Assembly: GCA_965216785.1 (NCBI GenBank)
Contig: OZ244197.1
Span: 2,208,001 to 2,272,000 of the forward strand
Length of the DNA stretch: 64,000 nt
From: Thermodesulfobacteriota bacterium
Lineage (GTDB): Bacteria > Desulfobacterota_D > UBA1144 > Nemesobacterales > UBA2774
Direction of reading: 5' to 3'
Both the position numbers and the translations under genes were made by a program. The notes below the pieces were generated by a model, which had not been told where the DNA came from, searched no databases, and worked only from the letters and a program-made list of their open reading frames with translations. Below, piece by piece: positions 11,001 through 21,593 of the stretch (its first letter is position 1; every line of letters starts with the position of its first letter).

Positions 11001-11165
11001 GACTGCATAGAAGGCCGTCTAAATGGGTTACTCAACTGAAAGTATTCGCGCGAGAATGTTCTAGCGCTTTTCTAGTGCCGCTATTGCGTATGGCTTTTAT
11101 TATAAATAAATAAAAGGACATAATATGGTATTGCTTCACTACGCTCGCAATAAGGCAAAAACAAT

Positions 11166-12143
11166 TTAATAAAAATAAGGCATTATGTGTTTGGCTGTGA
11201 GGCGCAGGGACTTTTCTACTTTTTCTAAGTCCGGAGAGCCAAAATTAGAAAGACAGCAAATCTCGCTTATGCCAAGCTGCTCATACTGGACTATGGTATC
11301 AATGCACTCAGAGTACTCGCCTATGATGAAGTGATTCCTAATAATTTCCTTGTACGTCTTTGATTCCTCGTCCAGATCCGTGACGTTCTCATGCCCCCAC
11401 TTTTGATAGAGCTTTAGGAATACGTCCATAAAGTAGCGCTCCACCTCTTCTTTTTCTTCCTGGGTATCTACTACAAAGAATATGCGGTTAAGGGTGGTTC
11501 TCTTGTGTTTAGGGTCCTTACCCAAACTCCTGAGCTCGGAATCGTATACCGAGACCATCCTGAGGATATCGTCTTTTCTCTGTGTGGTGCTGATTACTAA
11601 TTCATCTCCGAGGCGAGCCGCGCGTCTTACGGCGGCGTCAACCGTCGCGCCCATATATATGGGGGGGCTCGGTTTGCGTACGGGCTTTGGGAATAGCTTG
11701 AAGTCTGAGAGATGGGAAAAACTGTTTTGAATGGTAACGCTGTCTTCTGTCCATAGCGCCCTTATTAGACTCACTCCTTCCTCCATTAGTTTCCCCCTGT
11801 TCGCAGGCTCTACATTAAACGCCCGCAGGTCTGTTTCCGAGTATCCGGCGCTTACGCCGAGACGCAGGCGCCCATGAGACTGAGCGTCCAGCATGGCGGC
11901 TTCTTCAGCGACCCTTACGGGATGGTGGAGCGGTAATAGGAGCATGTTTGAGCCCAGCTCAATGTAGTTTGTCTTACTTGCAAGAAATGAGAGTACGTTG
12001 AGAGGGGAGGGGTATAGAGTTCCTTCCGAGTGGTGCTCGTGTATCCAGAGGGCGTCAAACCCCAGGGTTTCCGCCAGCATGGACTGACGGATGAGATCTT
12101 CGAAAAGCTCCTTTGACTGCACGGGCGCAAGGCTGAATCTCAT
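11166..12143 (-). CDS. LLM-class (luciferase-like) flavin-dependent oxidoreductase
   Basis: GFDALWIHEHH, HPVRVAEEAAMLD..S.GRL.LG, PKPVRKPSPPIYMG. Confidence 0.92.
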   Translation of the reverse strand: MRFSLAPVQSKELFEDLIRQSMLAETLGFDALWIHEHHSEGTLYPSPLNVLSFLASKTNYIELGSNMLLLPLHHPVRVAEEAAMLDAQSHGRLRLGVSAGYSETDLRAFNVEPANRGKLMEEGVSLIRALWTEDSVTIQNSFSHLSDFKLFPKPVRKPSPPIYMGATVDAAVRRAARLGDELVISTTQRKDDILRMVSVYDSELRSLGKDPKHKRTTLNRIFFVVDTQEEKEEVERYFMDVFLKLYQKWGHENVTDLDEESKTYKEIIRNHFIIGEYSECIDTIVQYEQLGISEICCLSNFGSPDLEKVEKSLRLTAKHIMPYFY

Positions 12144-12229
12144 ATTGAACTAACCTCCGTTATTTAAAGTAATACAATATAACGGTTTTTGATATTATTT
12201 CAGGGCACTGGCAGCAAGGCAGGGGTGTG

Positions 12230-13111
12230 TTACTTCTTGGATTTTGATTTTTTCTTGAGAAAGAAGGATATGTTATCGTCAAGGAATTCATCAAAGGTCC
12301 TGGGCTGTTTTTCCGTGACTTTATAGACCCAGTCGGTCACTTCATCGCAAATGCCGTCCCCTAGTAATTTATAGAGCTCGGTATATTCCTCAGCTTCTTT
12401 TTCACGGACTCCGGACTCTATCATTCTCTTTTTGAATTCCTTTGGCTTGATGTTTTCGTAGGTAACTTTCTTGCCCAGGGCGTTTGAGAACAGCTCCGCC
12501 AAATCGCCGCAGCTGAGTGATTCCGGGCCTGTTACATCTATTATTTTCTTTTTATGTCCGTTCTGGGTGATGACGTTGGCAATCAGTCTCGCAGTATCCC
12601 TAACGTCGACGTATCCGCATTTGGCTTTGTTGAGGGGCAGATAGATCTTTCTGTCGTCTCTTATTTCGGCGCCGAAGTAGTTAACGAAGTTCTGCATGAA
12701 TATATTGGGTCTAATGATCGCGTACCTGAGCCCTGAATCCTTTAGGTACTGCTCTGATTTGCCGTGCCGTCTGAGGAGCGCCGAGCGGGAATCGGGGTCG
12801 GCTCCTAAAGCGGAATATTTGACCAAGTACTTCACTCCGCATTCTTTAGCGGCGTCAATGAAGTTCTTCTCAAGCTTTACCAGATTGTCACTATTGGGGG
12901 TGAGGAGAAAAGCGTGCTCTACGCCATCGAGCGCTTTCTTGAGAGTCCCGGGTTTTTTCAAGTCTCCCTCGAGATAGCTTATCCTTGAGGACTTGATATC
13001 GGGGGCTCTCTTAAGGTCTTTTACGAGGACGCTGATCTTGTAACCCTGCTTGTCCAGGCGTCTAATAACTCTTTGCCCGGTTTTACTCTCAGCTCCCGTT
13101 AATAGTATCAC
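12230..13111 (-). CDS. NmrA-like/atypical SDR NAD(P)-binding protein
   Basis: ILLTGA, IIRPNIFMQN, YVDVRD, VTGPESLS. Confidence 0.88.
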   Translation of the reverse strand: MILLTGAESKTGQRVIRRLDKQGYKISVLVKDLKRAPDIKSSRISYLEGDLKKPGTLKKALDGVEHAFLLTPNSDNLVKLEKNFIDAAKECGVKYLVKYSALGADPDSRSALLRRHGKSEQYLKDSGLRYAIIRPNIFMQNFVNYFGAEIRDDRKIYLPLNKAKCGYVDVRDTARLIANVITQNGHKKKIIDVTGPESLSCGDLAELFSNALGKKVTYENIKPKEFKKRMIESGVREKEAEEYTELYKLLGDGICDEVTDWVYKVTEKQPRTFDEFLDDNISFFLKKKSKSKK

Positions 13112-13246
13112 TTGTCCAATATTCCTCGGCTATGGATGGATGACTTGAGCAGAGTGTATCAGAATAATATAGCTATGTGAAGACTGTGTGAAAATTAATT
13201 ACCTGAGGCTGTTCAAATATTGTGAAAAGTGTAAATATATAGTGTT

Positions 13247-14437
13247 TTAGCGTGAAAGCGCCGCTTCATATTCGGGTAGTAGAATTTTTGTCCTTTCCGG
13301 TATTTCCCTGTTGAGCCATTTGGTGAATGCCCTGTCCTGCTTGAATTTCTTAAGGGCCATTGTTAACTCTTTCTTTTGTTTTTCATCCGCTTCTATGACT
13401 TTGTTTCCCGCTTTCCTGTCTGAAATATATATTACAAAATCACTGGAGTCCCTGCCTTGCTCGGGCCAGTCAACCACCGAGGACAATGTGCCCGGTTCAA
13501 GAGACTCGGTATAGGAAGCGAGGACCATATACTCTTTCAGATTTGTAAAATTGCGTTTGGCTTCCGCGGTTTCTGAGCGCGGGAGGCGTATTTTCTTAGA
13601 CTCCAGCTCGCCCGACAACGAGGAGTTGCGCTCTTTTTTGGGAGTGTTGCTTAATGTAGCAAGCTCTTCGGCGTCTTGGGGAATGATTATAATGTCAATC
13701 CACCGGGTATTGTTGATCAGGTCATGGAGCCTTTGGGTTTCTTCGGGAGCTACCTTGACCTCAGGGGTTACACTTGTTTTTAAAATGCCCGTAGCCAGAA
13801 TAAGTTTGATGTTTTCTCTGTGGTCTTTGTTTTTAGTCAGGAAAAGAAACTCCTTGATCTCCTCTTGAGACATTTTGTCCACGTCTTCCCATCTCTTGAG
13901 CTTGCCCAGGATTTCCGGATCCTGGGCGTGATCAGTGTAAAACGACCAGGCTTCTTTATTCATACCGAGCGGCTCAAGCTCGTTTTTAGCAAATTCATTT
14001 CCTTTATCTTTATCCTCTCTCCATATATTAAGGCCTTCCAGAATTTTAAGCCCTGTGAGCTGCATCCTGGAGAGGACTTCCTTTTTCTTTTCCGGGGTGG
14101 GGAAGAGGAGTCTCCACTGCCGGTCCGCGTAGGCGTTTACTTCTTTTGTGACAAGGTCCTCTGAGGGAGTGATGTCTCTTTTCTGAATCTCTCTTCGGAG
14201 GACTTCGTCCACAATGCGCTTTCTGAGGAGTACTATCTGGCTTTCAATATCGGCTCCTTCGGGGGTCGCTTCCGGATCTACAAATTTAATCTCCCCTTCC
14301 TGAGTACTAACGCGGCCCCCTATTTCGTCCAGGTAGATTGGGGAGGAGTCAACTGTGGCCACTACAGTTCTTTGCTGAGCTTCGGCGCCCGTAGCTATGG
14401 CAGCGATGAGGATGAAGAGCAGTGTGTGAAATTTCAT
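13247..14437 (-). CDS. Exported protein, SurA/PrsA-like N-terminal region
   Basis: Signal peptide, VVATVDSSPIYLDEI, C-terminal helix ending in KILL; PPIase core not recognisable. Confidence 0.55.
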   Translation of the reverse strand: MKFHTLLFILIAAIATGAEAQQRTVVATVDSSPIYLDEIGGRVSTQEGEIKFVDPEATPEGADIESQIVLLRKRIVDEVLRREIQKRDITPSEDLVTKEVNAYADRQWRLLFPTPEKKKEVLSRMQLTGLKILEGLNIWREDKDKGNEFAKNELEPLGMNKEAWSFYTDHAQDPEILGKLKRWEDVDKMSQEEIKEFLFLTKNKDHRENIKLILATGILKTSVTPEVKVAPEETQRLHDLINNTRWIDIIIIPQDAEELATLSNTPKKERNSSLSGELESKKIRLPRSETAEAKRNFTNLKEYMVLASYTESLEPGTLSSVVDWPEQGRDSSDFVIYISDRKAGNKVIEADEKQKKELTMALKKFKQDRAFTKWLNREIPERTKILLPEYEAALSR

Positions 14438-15015
14438 TGGATAATTATACAGGAAAAATTTATTGAGTCGGCCACTAATGGGTATGGATTCAAAAGTGTG
14501 ATTCAGTTGTGCGCGCTATTACTCTGACGGGGCTCAGTATGAACGGGATTTGCCCGGTGTTTAATCCTGGGACATGGCTGCACAGGGTCCTGAAAGACAA
14601 AGATGGATCTTTAAAGAAGATTCTAGAATAGGGGCGATTTTAAGAAACGCTTTACTTTAAGTCTTTTAGGATGAGCTTGTAATAATATAAGGTATATATA
14701 AAATATGATATCTAACATGCTGATAACACTGGATATTGCACTGAATGTAGAATATTAAATATTCTCTATGAACTATTTTGTTTTTACTTTAACCGGGGTG
14801 CTCGGAGCGGTAATAATTGACTTTAAGTATGTTAAAGCGCTTTATATTGGGCTTATTTGATGCGCGCGCTCTTTTTTGGGTTGGAAATAAGGTATATATG
14901 CGATATATATTTGAGCAAGTGCGGGCAAAGTTAAGTTATAAAAAAAATAGTTGCGACATTGTAATGTTATATCGAGTAAAATAATTATACATACCGATAT
15001 AAAGAAGGTGGCTAA

Positions 15016-16152
15016 ATGGCGGCATTAAACAAATTTTCAAATATTTTTGTGAATAATACCGAATCTGCACCTATGTGGGGAACGGTGATTAGAGCTTTTC
15101 TGGTGCTGACGCTCGTATTGGCGCTAATAGCTCTAATGGCATGCGACGATAGCTCTAATAGCGGCGATGGGGGCGGCAGTGACGGGGGCGGGATGGACGG
15201 AGGAGGTGATATGGGAGGAGGAGGTAGCGGAATCATTGAGGCCGGCGGTAAATTGCCTGACGACCCCGAGACTTTTTCCTATGTGTCCGGAGGCTCAAAC
15301 AGGCAAACTCTTGATTTCTACCGCATTGCCGGTGTAGATTTGCCGACACAAGCCTCAAGAGGTGTTCTTGAAGCGGGGACTAGGCCAGCGCTTGTGTGGT
15401 TTCACGGCGGTGGGTGGGTGATAAACGATAAAACTAACATTGAGCCGATAGCGTTTGAGATCGCGGAGCTTGCGGGATTTCACCTCGTTTCGGTCGGTTA
15501 CAGACTGGCAGGCCCAACGGGCTCTCAGGACCCGTGGCCGGGAATGATACACGAAGTGAAGTCAGCTATCAGGTGGCTAAAGTTAAATTCAGAGATGCTC
15601 GGTATTGACCCCGACTACATATTCACGACAGGCGAGTCCGCGGGGGCGCATTTGGCCGCGATGGTAGCATTGTCAGCTGGAGTGCCGGAGCTCGAAGGCT
15701 CTGTTAACCCGGGAGCGAGCTCGGACGTGGCGGGAGCGGTACTGTTCTACGGGCCTTATGATTTTTCCACAATTGTAGATCAGGGTCTCGGGCTGGTGCT
15801 GGATCAGACCTGCAGCGTTGAGACTCTTAATCCGCTTGCGGTGTGGGCTTTGCTCGACTGTCCTGTGCCCGATAGCGTGCTCGACGCGCTGAGCGGATGC
15901 AGCGCTATGGAGCTTACGCAGTCAAGCCCTGTAACTCATGTGGACGGAGGGGATCCCCCGATTTTTGCCGCCAGCGGAACGGACGATTGTTTTGTGCCGT
16001 TTCAGCAGGTGTTTGATTTGCAGAATGAGCTGAACGCGGCGAATGTGCCAAATGAGGTCTCTGTTACAAACGGCGGTGAGCATGACGTAGAAACGCTAAA
16101 CGTGTCCGCGCAGCAGGTTGTGGACTTTCTTGATGAAAATGCGGGGAAGTAG
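15016..16152 (+). CDS. Alpha/beta hydrolase (HSL/BD-FAE-like esterase) lipoprotein
   Basis: HGGGW, GESAG, D...H triad; lipobox LMAC and Gly-rich linker; start may be 15073. Confidence 0.88.
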   Translation: MAALNKFSNIFVNNTESAPMWGTVIRAFLVLTLVLALIALMACDDSSNSGDGGGSDGGGMDGGGDMGGGGSGIIEAGGKLPDDPETFSYVSGGSNRQTLDFYRIAGVDLPTQASRGVLEAGTRPALVWFHGGGWVINDKTNIEPIAFEIAELAGFHLVSVGYRLAGPTGSQDPWPGMIHEVKSAIRWLKLNSEMLGIDPDYIFTTGESAGAHLAAMVALSAGVPELEGSVNPGASSDVAGAVLFYGPYDFSTIVDQGLGLVLDQTCSVETLNPLAVWALLDCPVPDSVLDALSGCSAMELTQSSPVTHVDGGDPPIFAASGTDDCFVPFQQVFDLQNELNAANVPNEVSVTNGGEHDVETLNVSAQQVVDFLDENAGK

Positions 16153-16364
16153 AGAGCTTCATATTAATCTCAAATTTACTTGAAATAGTATAATGGCGCG
16201 CGGTATTGTCAGTTATTGCCCCGCAAAGATCGTACTGACTTTCCAAATACTAAAAATGTATAAGCAATGTGATTGTGGTTGTGTATAATATTATCCCAAG
16301 AAAATAATTATCAGTCTGAATATAACCGAGTTTAAACTCATACTATTATGGAGACGTATTTGTA

Positions 16365-16856
16365 ATGAAGAAACTGATACTACCGGTATTTTGCGTGCTT
16401 GCTGTTTATTTGATAGGCTGCGGCTCTGAACAGGACGCAGCTGATAAGACGGGTAGCCAAAACGATACTTACGTGAATGAAAAATTCGGGTTTGAGATTG
16501 AGTATCCCGGTAAGGTGCTTTTAGCTCAGGGCGAGTTCGCGAACGGATACGGACAGATATTCGAGTCGCAAGACGAAGCGGCGGTACTTGAAACTTACGG
16601 TAAGTTTAATACTTCTGACATAACTTTGGAGGAGGCATTCGATAAGGCGCAAAACGGTGAGGTTTCCGAAAAGAATCTGGAGGAAGGAGCCAAAAGGTTT
16701 ACGGTGAGCGGTGTACACTCGGGTACTGTTTACAACATTCAGAGGTATCTTATTGATGATGTGTATATAAATTATGAGTTTAGATATCCGGAGGACAAAA
16801 AGGATTATTACGGAGCGATAAACGAGGATATGTTAAAGTCGTTTAAAGTGGAATGA
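16365..16856 (+). CDS. Lipoprotein, PsbP-like fold
   Basis: Lipobox LIGC; YVNEKFGFEIEYP and C-terminal MLKSFK. Confidence 0.7.
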   Translation: MKKLILPVFCVLAVYLIGCGSEQDAADKTGSQNDTYVNEKFGFEIEYPGKVLLAQGEFANGYGQIFESQDEAAVLETYGKFNTSDITLEEAFDKAQNGEVSEKNLEEGAKRFTVSGVHSGTVYNIQRYLIDDVYINYEFRYPEDKKDYYGAINEDMLKSFKVE

Positions 16857-16879
16857 GGGTTTTATAGTACGTACTTTGT

Positions 16880-17956
16880 ATGGAAAGGTTGATATATAAC
16901 ATGTTAAGATCGTTGAATATTTTTACGTTAACGTTTGTCGCGGCGTTTGTGAGTATTCAGCTCTTAGGCGTTGAGTTATCGTACGCGCAAGCGGATAACG
17001 CTCAAACAGACAAACCCCAAATAAATAAATCAGAAGCAGATAAACCAGCCGAGCCCGCTAATGAAGGAGTCGGCCCTGAAGACGAGCTTTTGGATGTTAA
17101 GCTTAAAAAACCCGTTATGTATACATACGTTGAGGACGGGGACGAGAAACATAAGCTTGATTTCTACAGATACATAAGCCCCCGGCCCGGGCTTCGCCCA
17201 GTGCTTATATGGTTTCACGGAGGGGGTTGGGTAAAAGGCTCTAGGGAGTGGATAGACCCGATTGCTTTTGAGATCGCCTCGGTTGGGGAATATAACCTGA
17301 TCTCGGCTGACTACAGACTCGCGGACGATGAACGCGCCCCATGGCCGTTTATTGTCCATGACGTAAAGGCTGTAGTGAGGTGGGTAAAGCTGAACGCAAA
17401 GCAGCTCCGCGTGAATCCAAAGAAAATAATTGTCGGCGGGGAGTCCGCCGGAGCGCACCTGGCGGCGATGGTGGCGCTTTCTTCCGGAGTGCCTGAGCTG
17501 GAGGGCTCTGATAACCCCGGGGTTTCCTCGAGCGTCGCGGCGGCAGTGCTTTTCTACGGGCCTTATAATATGAAGACACTGGCCGAAAAAAAGCAAAAGT
17601 CGATCGAAAAAGGCAGGTGCCGGAAACCCAATTACTCAAGCCCGGTGCTTTATCTCCTGGACTGCCCGAATGTGGATCCGTCAACATACAACATTGACGG
17701 GTGTAAAGAAGAGGACGTGAAGCAGGCAAACCCAGCAACGCATCTTGACAGCGCTGACCCGCCCGTGTTTATCGCTCACGGGAAAGACGACTGTGTCGTG
17801 CCGTGGACGCAGGCAAGGGAGTTTGTGAAAGCCCTTGAAGAAGCGGGAGTGGACCATAAATTTGTTTCAGCAGAGGACGGGGAGCACAGGGTGTGGACTC
17901 TGGATGTGGAGGCCTCTGAAGTCGTAAGGTTTCTTGATAAGCGTATGGCCGAGTGA
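16880..17956 (+). CDS. Exported alpha/beta hydrolase (esterase), paralog of 15016-16152
   Basis: HGGGW, GESAGAHLAAMVALS, HGKDDCVVP, GEH. Confidence 0.9.
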   Translation: MERLIYNMLRSLNIFTLTFVAAFVSIQLLGVELSYAQADNAQTDKPQINKSEADKPAEPANEGVGPEDELLDVKLKKPVMYTYVEDGDEKHKLDFYRYISPRPGLRPVLIWFHGGGWVKGSREWIDPIAFEIASVGEYNLISADYRLADDERAPWPFIVHDVKAVVRWVKLNAKQLRVNPKKIIVGGESAGAHLAAMVALSSGVPELEGSDNPGVSSSVAAAVLFYGPYNMKTLAEKKQKSIEKGRCRKPNYSSPVLYLLDCPNVDPSTYNIDGCKEEDVKQANPATHLDSADPPVFIAHGKDDCVVPWTQAREFVKALEEAGVDHKFVSAEDGEHRVWTLDVEASEVVRFLDKRMAE

Positions 17957-17968
17957 TATAGTCGGTAT

Positions 17969-18847
17969 ATGCTCCTTAATTTTCTGGCCCTGGTTTACGT
18001 ATCCATTGCCTGGGGCTCAGCATTCGTACTGATAAAATTCGCTGAAGAAACTATAGCGCCATTGACCGTGCAGGCGGGTCGGTGCACCATAGGCTTCCTG
18101 GCACTTCTTATTCTTTCGCTCGCGCTGAGGCGGGATATCGCGGGGCACGCGAAGTACTGGTTCGCGTTTCTTGTGTTCGCTATATTGGGAATAGTGTTTC
18201 TTTGGATTACGGTCGCGTTTGGAGAGAAGTACATATCCGCAGGGCTCGCGACCGTGATGGTTACCGTGTCGCCCCTGGTCACTTTCATAATAACTGTATT
18301 TATCACAAGAACTGAGAAATTCAGCATTACCGGTATCTTTGGGCTCGCTTTAGGTGTGGCGGGGCTTGTGCTGGTTGTGGGGATTAAGAATATTTCCGGC
18401 GGAAGCTCGATACTTATGGGCTCGCTTTTAATTATCGCAGGATTCAGCGTGTTCGCCGTAAACGGCATACTGGCGCCGAGGCTGGCAAGCGGTACGGACC
18501 CGATCGCTTCAAGCGCTTACTATACAGGGATGGCGACTGTTTTCTTATGGATATTCGCGCTAATATTCGAGAGTCCGCTCAAAACTCACCTTACACCGGC
18601 CAACTCTGCGGCGGAGATCGTTATGGGCGTGTTCAGCTTCGCAAGCGGCTTCGTCGTTTATTACTGGCTGCTTAACAGGGCCGGGGCGTTTTTTTCCTCA
18701 ATGACTTTTTACCTGATGCCGATCGTGGGAATAGTCGGAGGGTTTCTTATGTTCAGGGAGAAGATAACCGTAACTCAAGTCGCCGGAATCCTGGTCGTTT
18801 TTGCCGGTGTGTATTTGATAAACAGGGCGAAGTTTAAAGAGGGTTAA
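17969..18847 (+). CDS. EamA/DMT transporter (type A)
   Basis: About 10 TM segments; WGSAFVLIKF, ISAGLA, YLMPIVG. Confidence 0.9.
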   Translation: MLLNFLALVYVSIAWGSAFVLIKFAEETIAPLTVQAGRCTIGFLALLILSLALRRDIAGHAKYWFAFLVFAILGIVFLWITVAFGEKYISAGLATVMVTVSPLVTFIITVFITRTEKFSITGIFGLALGVAGLVLVVGIKNISGGSSILMGSLLIIAGFSVFAVNGILAPRLASGTDPIASSAYYTGMATVFLWIFALIFESPLKTHLTPANSAAEIVMGVFSFASGFVVYYWLLNRAGAFFSSMTFYLMPIVGIVGGFLMFREKITVTQVAGILVVFAGVYLINRAKFKEG

Positions 18848-18849
18848 AG

Positions 18850-19731
18850 ATGGCGAAGAATTTTGTAGTGCTACTGTACGTGGCGGGCGTATGGGCTTTG
18901 GCAATAGCGTTTATAAAATTTGAGGAAGCGGTGATTCCGCCTATAACTATTATGGCGGGGCGGGCGCTTTTAGCGTTTCTGACTCTATTTGTCGCTTCAC
19001 TGATAATGAAGAAGGACCTTCGGGGAAATGTTAAGCATATATGGCATTTTCTGGTCTTCGCTATACTGGGGATTACGCTTCTTTGGGTGGGGCTTGCTTT
19101 CGGGCAGGAGTATATATCCGTAGGGCTCGCCTCTGTACTTGTTACCACGCTGCCGCTGATTACATTTGTAATACTGGTGCTGATCCTGCGCCAGCAGCCT
19201 TTCAGAATTGTCGGATTCGCCGGGCTGTTGATAGGGTTTTTCGGGATACTGCTGGTTATAGGAATAGAGAAAGTCCTGCAAGGCGGCTCAACAATGCTGG
19301 GGGTTGTGCTGATAGGCGGCGGGTTCGTGTGTCTTGCGATTAACGGGATATTGGCGGCAAAGTGGGCGAGGGGGATTGACCCCGTAATTACGACTACATA
19401 TTTTCTGGGACTCGGCGCGGTTTTTTTGATCGCGTTCGCGTTTATATTTGAGAGTCCGTTGAAGACTCCATGGTCCGCCGATAACATTCTCTCGGAGCTT
19501 GCGCTCGGGGTGGTATGCACCGCCAGCGGGTATTTTGGGTATTACTATCTGCTTCGGAATTCCGGGGCGTATTTTACTTCTTTTATTTTCTATTTCATCC
19601 CTGTATTCGGACTGGCAGTCGGTTATATTGCATTTCACGAGAGGGTGACAATTGTTCAGATTGTCGGTGTAGTGCTTGTTTTAGCCGGGGTGTATTTGAT
19701 TAACCGAAAGGGGGCTGAGAAGAAAGGGTGA
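18850..19731 (+). CDS. EamA/DMT transporter (type B)
   Basis: About 10 TM segments; SGYFGYYYLL, YFIPVFG. Confidence 0.9.
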   Translation: MAKNFVVLLYVAGVWALAIAFIKFEEAVIPPITIMAGRALLAFLTLFVASLIMKKDLRGNVKHIWHFLVFAILGITLLWVGLAFGQEYISVGLASVLVTTLPLITFVILVLILRQQPFRIVGFAGLLIGFFGILLVIGIEKVLQGGSTMLGVVLIGGGFVCLAINGILAAKWARGIDPVITTTYFLGLGAVFLIAFAFIFESPLKTPWSADNILSELALGVVCTASGYFGYYYLLRNSGAYFTSFIFYFIPVFGLAVGYIAFHERVTIVQIVGVVLVLAGVYLINRKGAEKKG

Positions 19732-19745
19732 AAGAATTTGAGTGA

Positions 19746-19821
19746 TCACCCCCATCCTGACCTTCCCCCCTCAAGGGGGAAGGGAATAGAGGATTAGATC
19801 CTGAAACAAGTTCAGGATGAC
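19746..19821. repeat. REP-like palindrome pair
   Basis: TCACCCCCATCCTGACCTTCCCCCCTCAAGGGGGAAGGG and GATCCTGAAACAAGTTCAGGATGAC; related copies at 21967, 23857, 23891 and 58462. Confidence 0.8.
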
Positions 19822-19825
19822 AATA

Positions 19826-20704
19826 ATGGTTAAAAACTTAATATTACTGATCTATTTGGGAGTGGTTTGGGGCGCCGGGTTTACGTTTATAAAGTTCGGG
19901 CTAAGAGATATGGGGCCGGTTACCGAGATGGCCGTGCGCTCTGTGATCGCATTCCTCGCTCTACTGATAATCTCGATAGTCTTAAAAAAAGATATTAAAG
20001 GTCACGCGAAGTACTGGTTCCCATACCTAATATTCGCGGTGCTCGGGATAGTGACGCTTTGGCTTGCGGACGCGTTCGGGATGGAATACATAACAGCGGG
20101 GCTCGGTTCTGTGATGGTTGCTGTCGCGCCGCTCGTTACCTTCATTATCACAGCGTTCATCTTGAGAGAGGACCGGGTGACCGTACTGAACGTTCTCGGT
20201 CTTTTGGTCGGGGTGCTCGGGCTCGTGCTGGTGGTCGGGATAGATCAGATAGTGGCGGGGGGTACGGTGATCATCGGCGTACTGATTGTAGCCGGCGGGT
20301 TCGTCATTTTCGCGATAAACGGCGTCATAGCCCCAAGGCTGGTGAAAGACGCAGACCCATTGGTTTCCGCGACTTACTTCATCGGGTTTGGATGTGTAAT
20401 TTTACTAATTATCGCATTCATACGGGAGGCTCCTTTAAGCGTCAAGATTACGGAAGACGTGATTATCAGCGAGCTTGGGCTTAGCCTGGTGTCCACGGCT
20501 AGCGGGTTTGTAGTCTTCTATTATCTTCTGGATAAGGCCGGGGCCTTATTTACTTCTACAGTCTTTTATCTCATGCCCGTTTTCGGAATGCTGAGCGGAA
20601 TTGTCTTCCTGGGTGACAGGATCGACGTTACTCAGGCAATTGGAATCGGGGTGGTGCTTTTGGGTATATATATGATTAATAGAGAAAAGTTCAGGAAGGA
20701 GTGA
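19826..20704 (+). CDS. EamA/DMT transporter (type A')
   Basis: Paralog of 17969-18847 (GHAKYWF, APRL, SGFVV.Y.LL); the ATG at 19817 lies inside the REP, so 19826 is preferred. Confidence 0.9.
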   Translation: MVKNLILLIYLGVVWGAGFTFIKFGLRDMGPVTEMAVRSVIAFLALLIISIVLKKDIKGHAKYWFPYLIFAVLGIVTLWLADAFGMEYITAGLGSVMVAVAPLVTFIITAFILREDRVTVLNVLGLLVGVLGLVLVVGIDQIVAGGTVIIGVLIVAGGFVIFAINGVIAPRLVKDADPLVSATYFIGFGCVILLIIAFIREAPLSVKITEDVIISELGLSLVSTASGFVVFYYLLDKAGALFTSTVFYLMPVFGMLSGIVFLGDRIDVTQAIGIGVVLLGIYMINREKFRKE

Positions 20705-20708
20705 AGCT

Positions 20709-21593
20709 TTGCTATTTAACGTCATTTTACTCTTATACATCGCGTGCGTCTGGGCGTTTACGTTCATATTCGTTAAGGTCGAGGAAGTCGCGAATGTGGG
20801 GCCGTTAACTATAATCGCGGGGCGCGCAATTATAGCATTTCTGTGCCTTTTTATAGCTTCACTCATACTTAAAAAAGACCTTCTGGGGAATTTTAAGCAC
20901 ATTGGGAAGTTCTTGATTTTTACTCTTCTCGGTATAGTGGGCCTTTGGGTGACGCTGTCTGAAGGTCAGGAGTATATAAACGCGGGGCTTGCGTCCGTAA
21001 TGGTTACAACGGTGCCGCTTCTGACTTTTATAATCCTGGTATTCGTGCTGAGGGACGAGAGGTTTAGCTGGGTCGGCGTGGGCGGTCTTGTGCTTGGTTT
21101 TATCGGCATAGTGCTTGTGGTCGAGCTAAAGAACATCCTTGCCGGAGGGACGACAGCCGGGGGGTTTTTACTGATTGGATCAGGCTTTGTCATGTTCGCG
21201 GTAAGCGGCATACTGATCGGCAGGTGGGCAAGGAACATAGACCCTGTAGTATCAACGACATACCTTCTGGGCCTAGGCGGGATTATTCTCCTCGCGCTGG
21301 CATACATCTTCGAAAGCCCGCTTACATTCCCGATTACAAAGAAGAACGTCTTGAGTGAGCTTGGGCTGGGAATTCTTTCCACGGCGAGCGGGTATTTCGG
21401 TTATTACTACCTTCTTCATAAGGCCGGTACATACTTTTCAACATTTATATTCTATTTCATCCCCGTGTTCGGGCTGCTCGCCGGGTATCTGGTGCTGGGT
21501 GAGATGGTGAACATGTCCCAGATACTGGGAGTTCTGTTAATCATCAGCGGGGTTTATGTTATTAATTGGGAGAAGAGGAGGGGGAAGGGGTAG
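20709..21593 (+). CDS. EamA/DMT transporter (type B')
   Basis: Paralog of 18850-19731 (DL.GN.KHI, WAR.IDPV, SGYFGYYYLL). Confidence 0.9.
   Translation: MLFNVILLLYIACVWAFTFIFVKVEEVANVGPLTIIAGRAIIAFLCLFIASLILKKDLLGNFKHIGKFLIFTLLGIVGLWVTLSEGQEYINAGLASVMVTTVPLLTFIILVFVLRDERFSWVGVGGLVLGFIGIVLVVELKNILAGGTTAGGFLLIGSGFVMFAVSGILIGRWARNIDPVVSTTYLLGLGGIILLALAYIFESPLTFPITKKNVLSELGLGILSTASGYFGYYYLLHKAGTYFSTFIFYFIPVFGLLAGYLVLGEMVNMSQILGVLLIISGVYVINWEKRRGKG

Noticed and set aside
14563-14584. AATCCTGGGACATGGCTGCACA resembling a solo IS481-type terminal inverted repeat
   Set aside because: Single short match with no partner end or transposase
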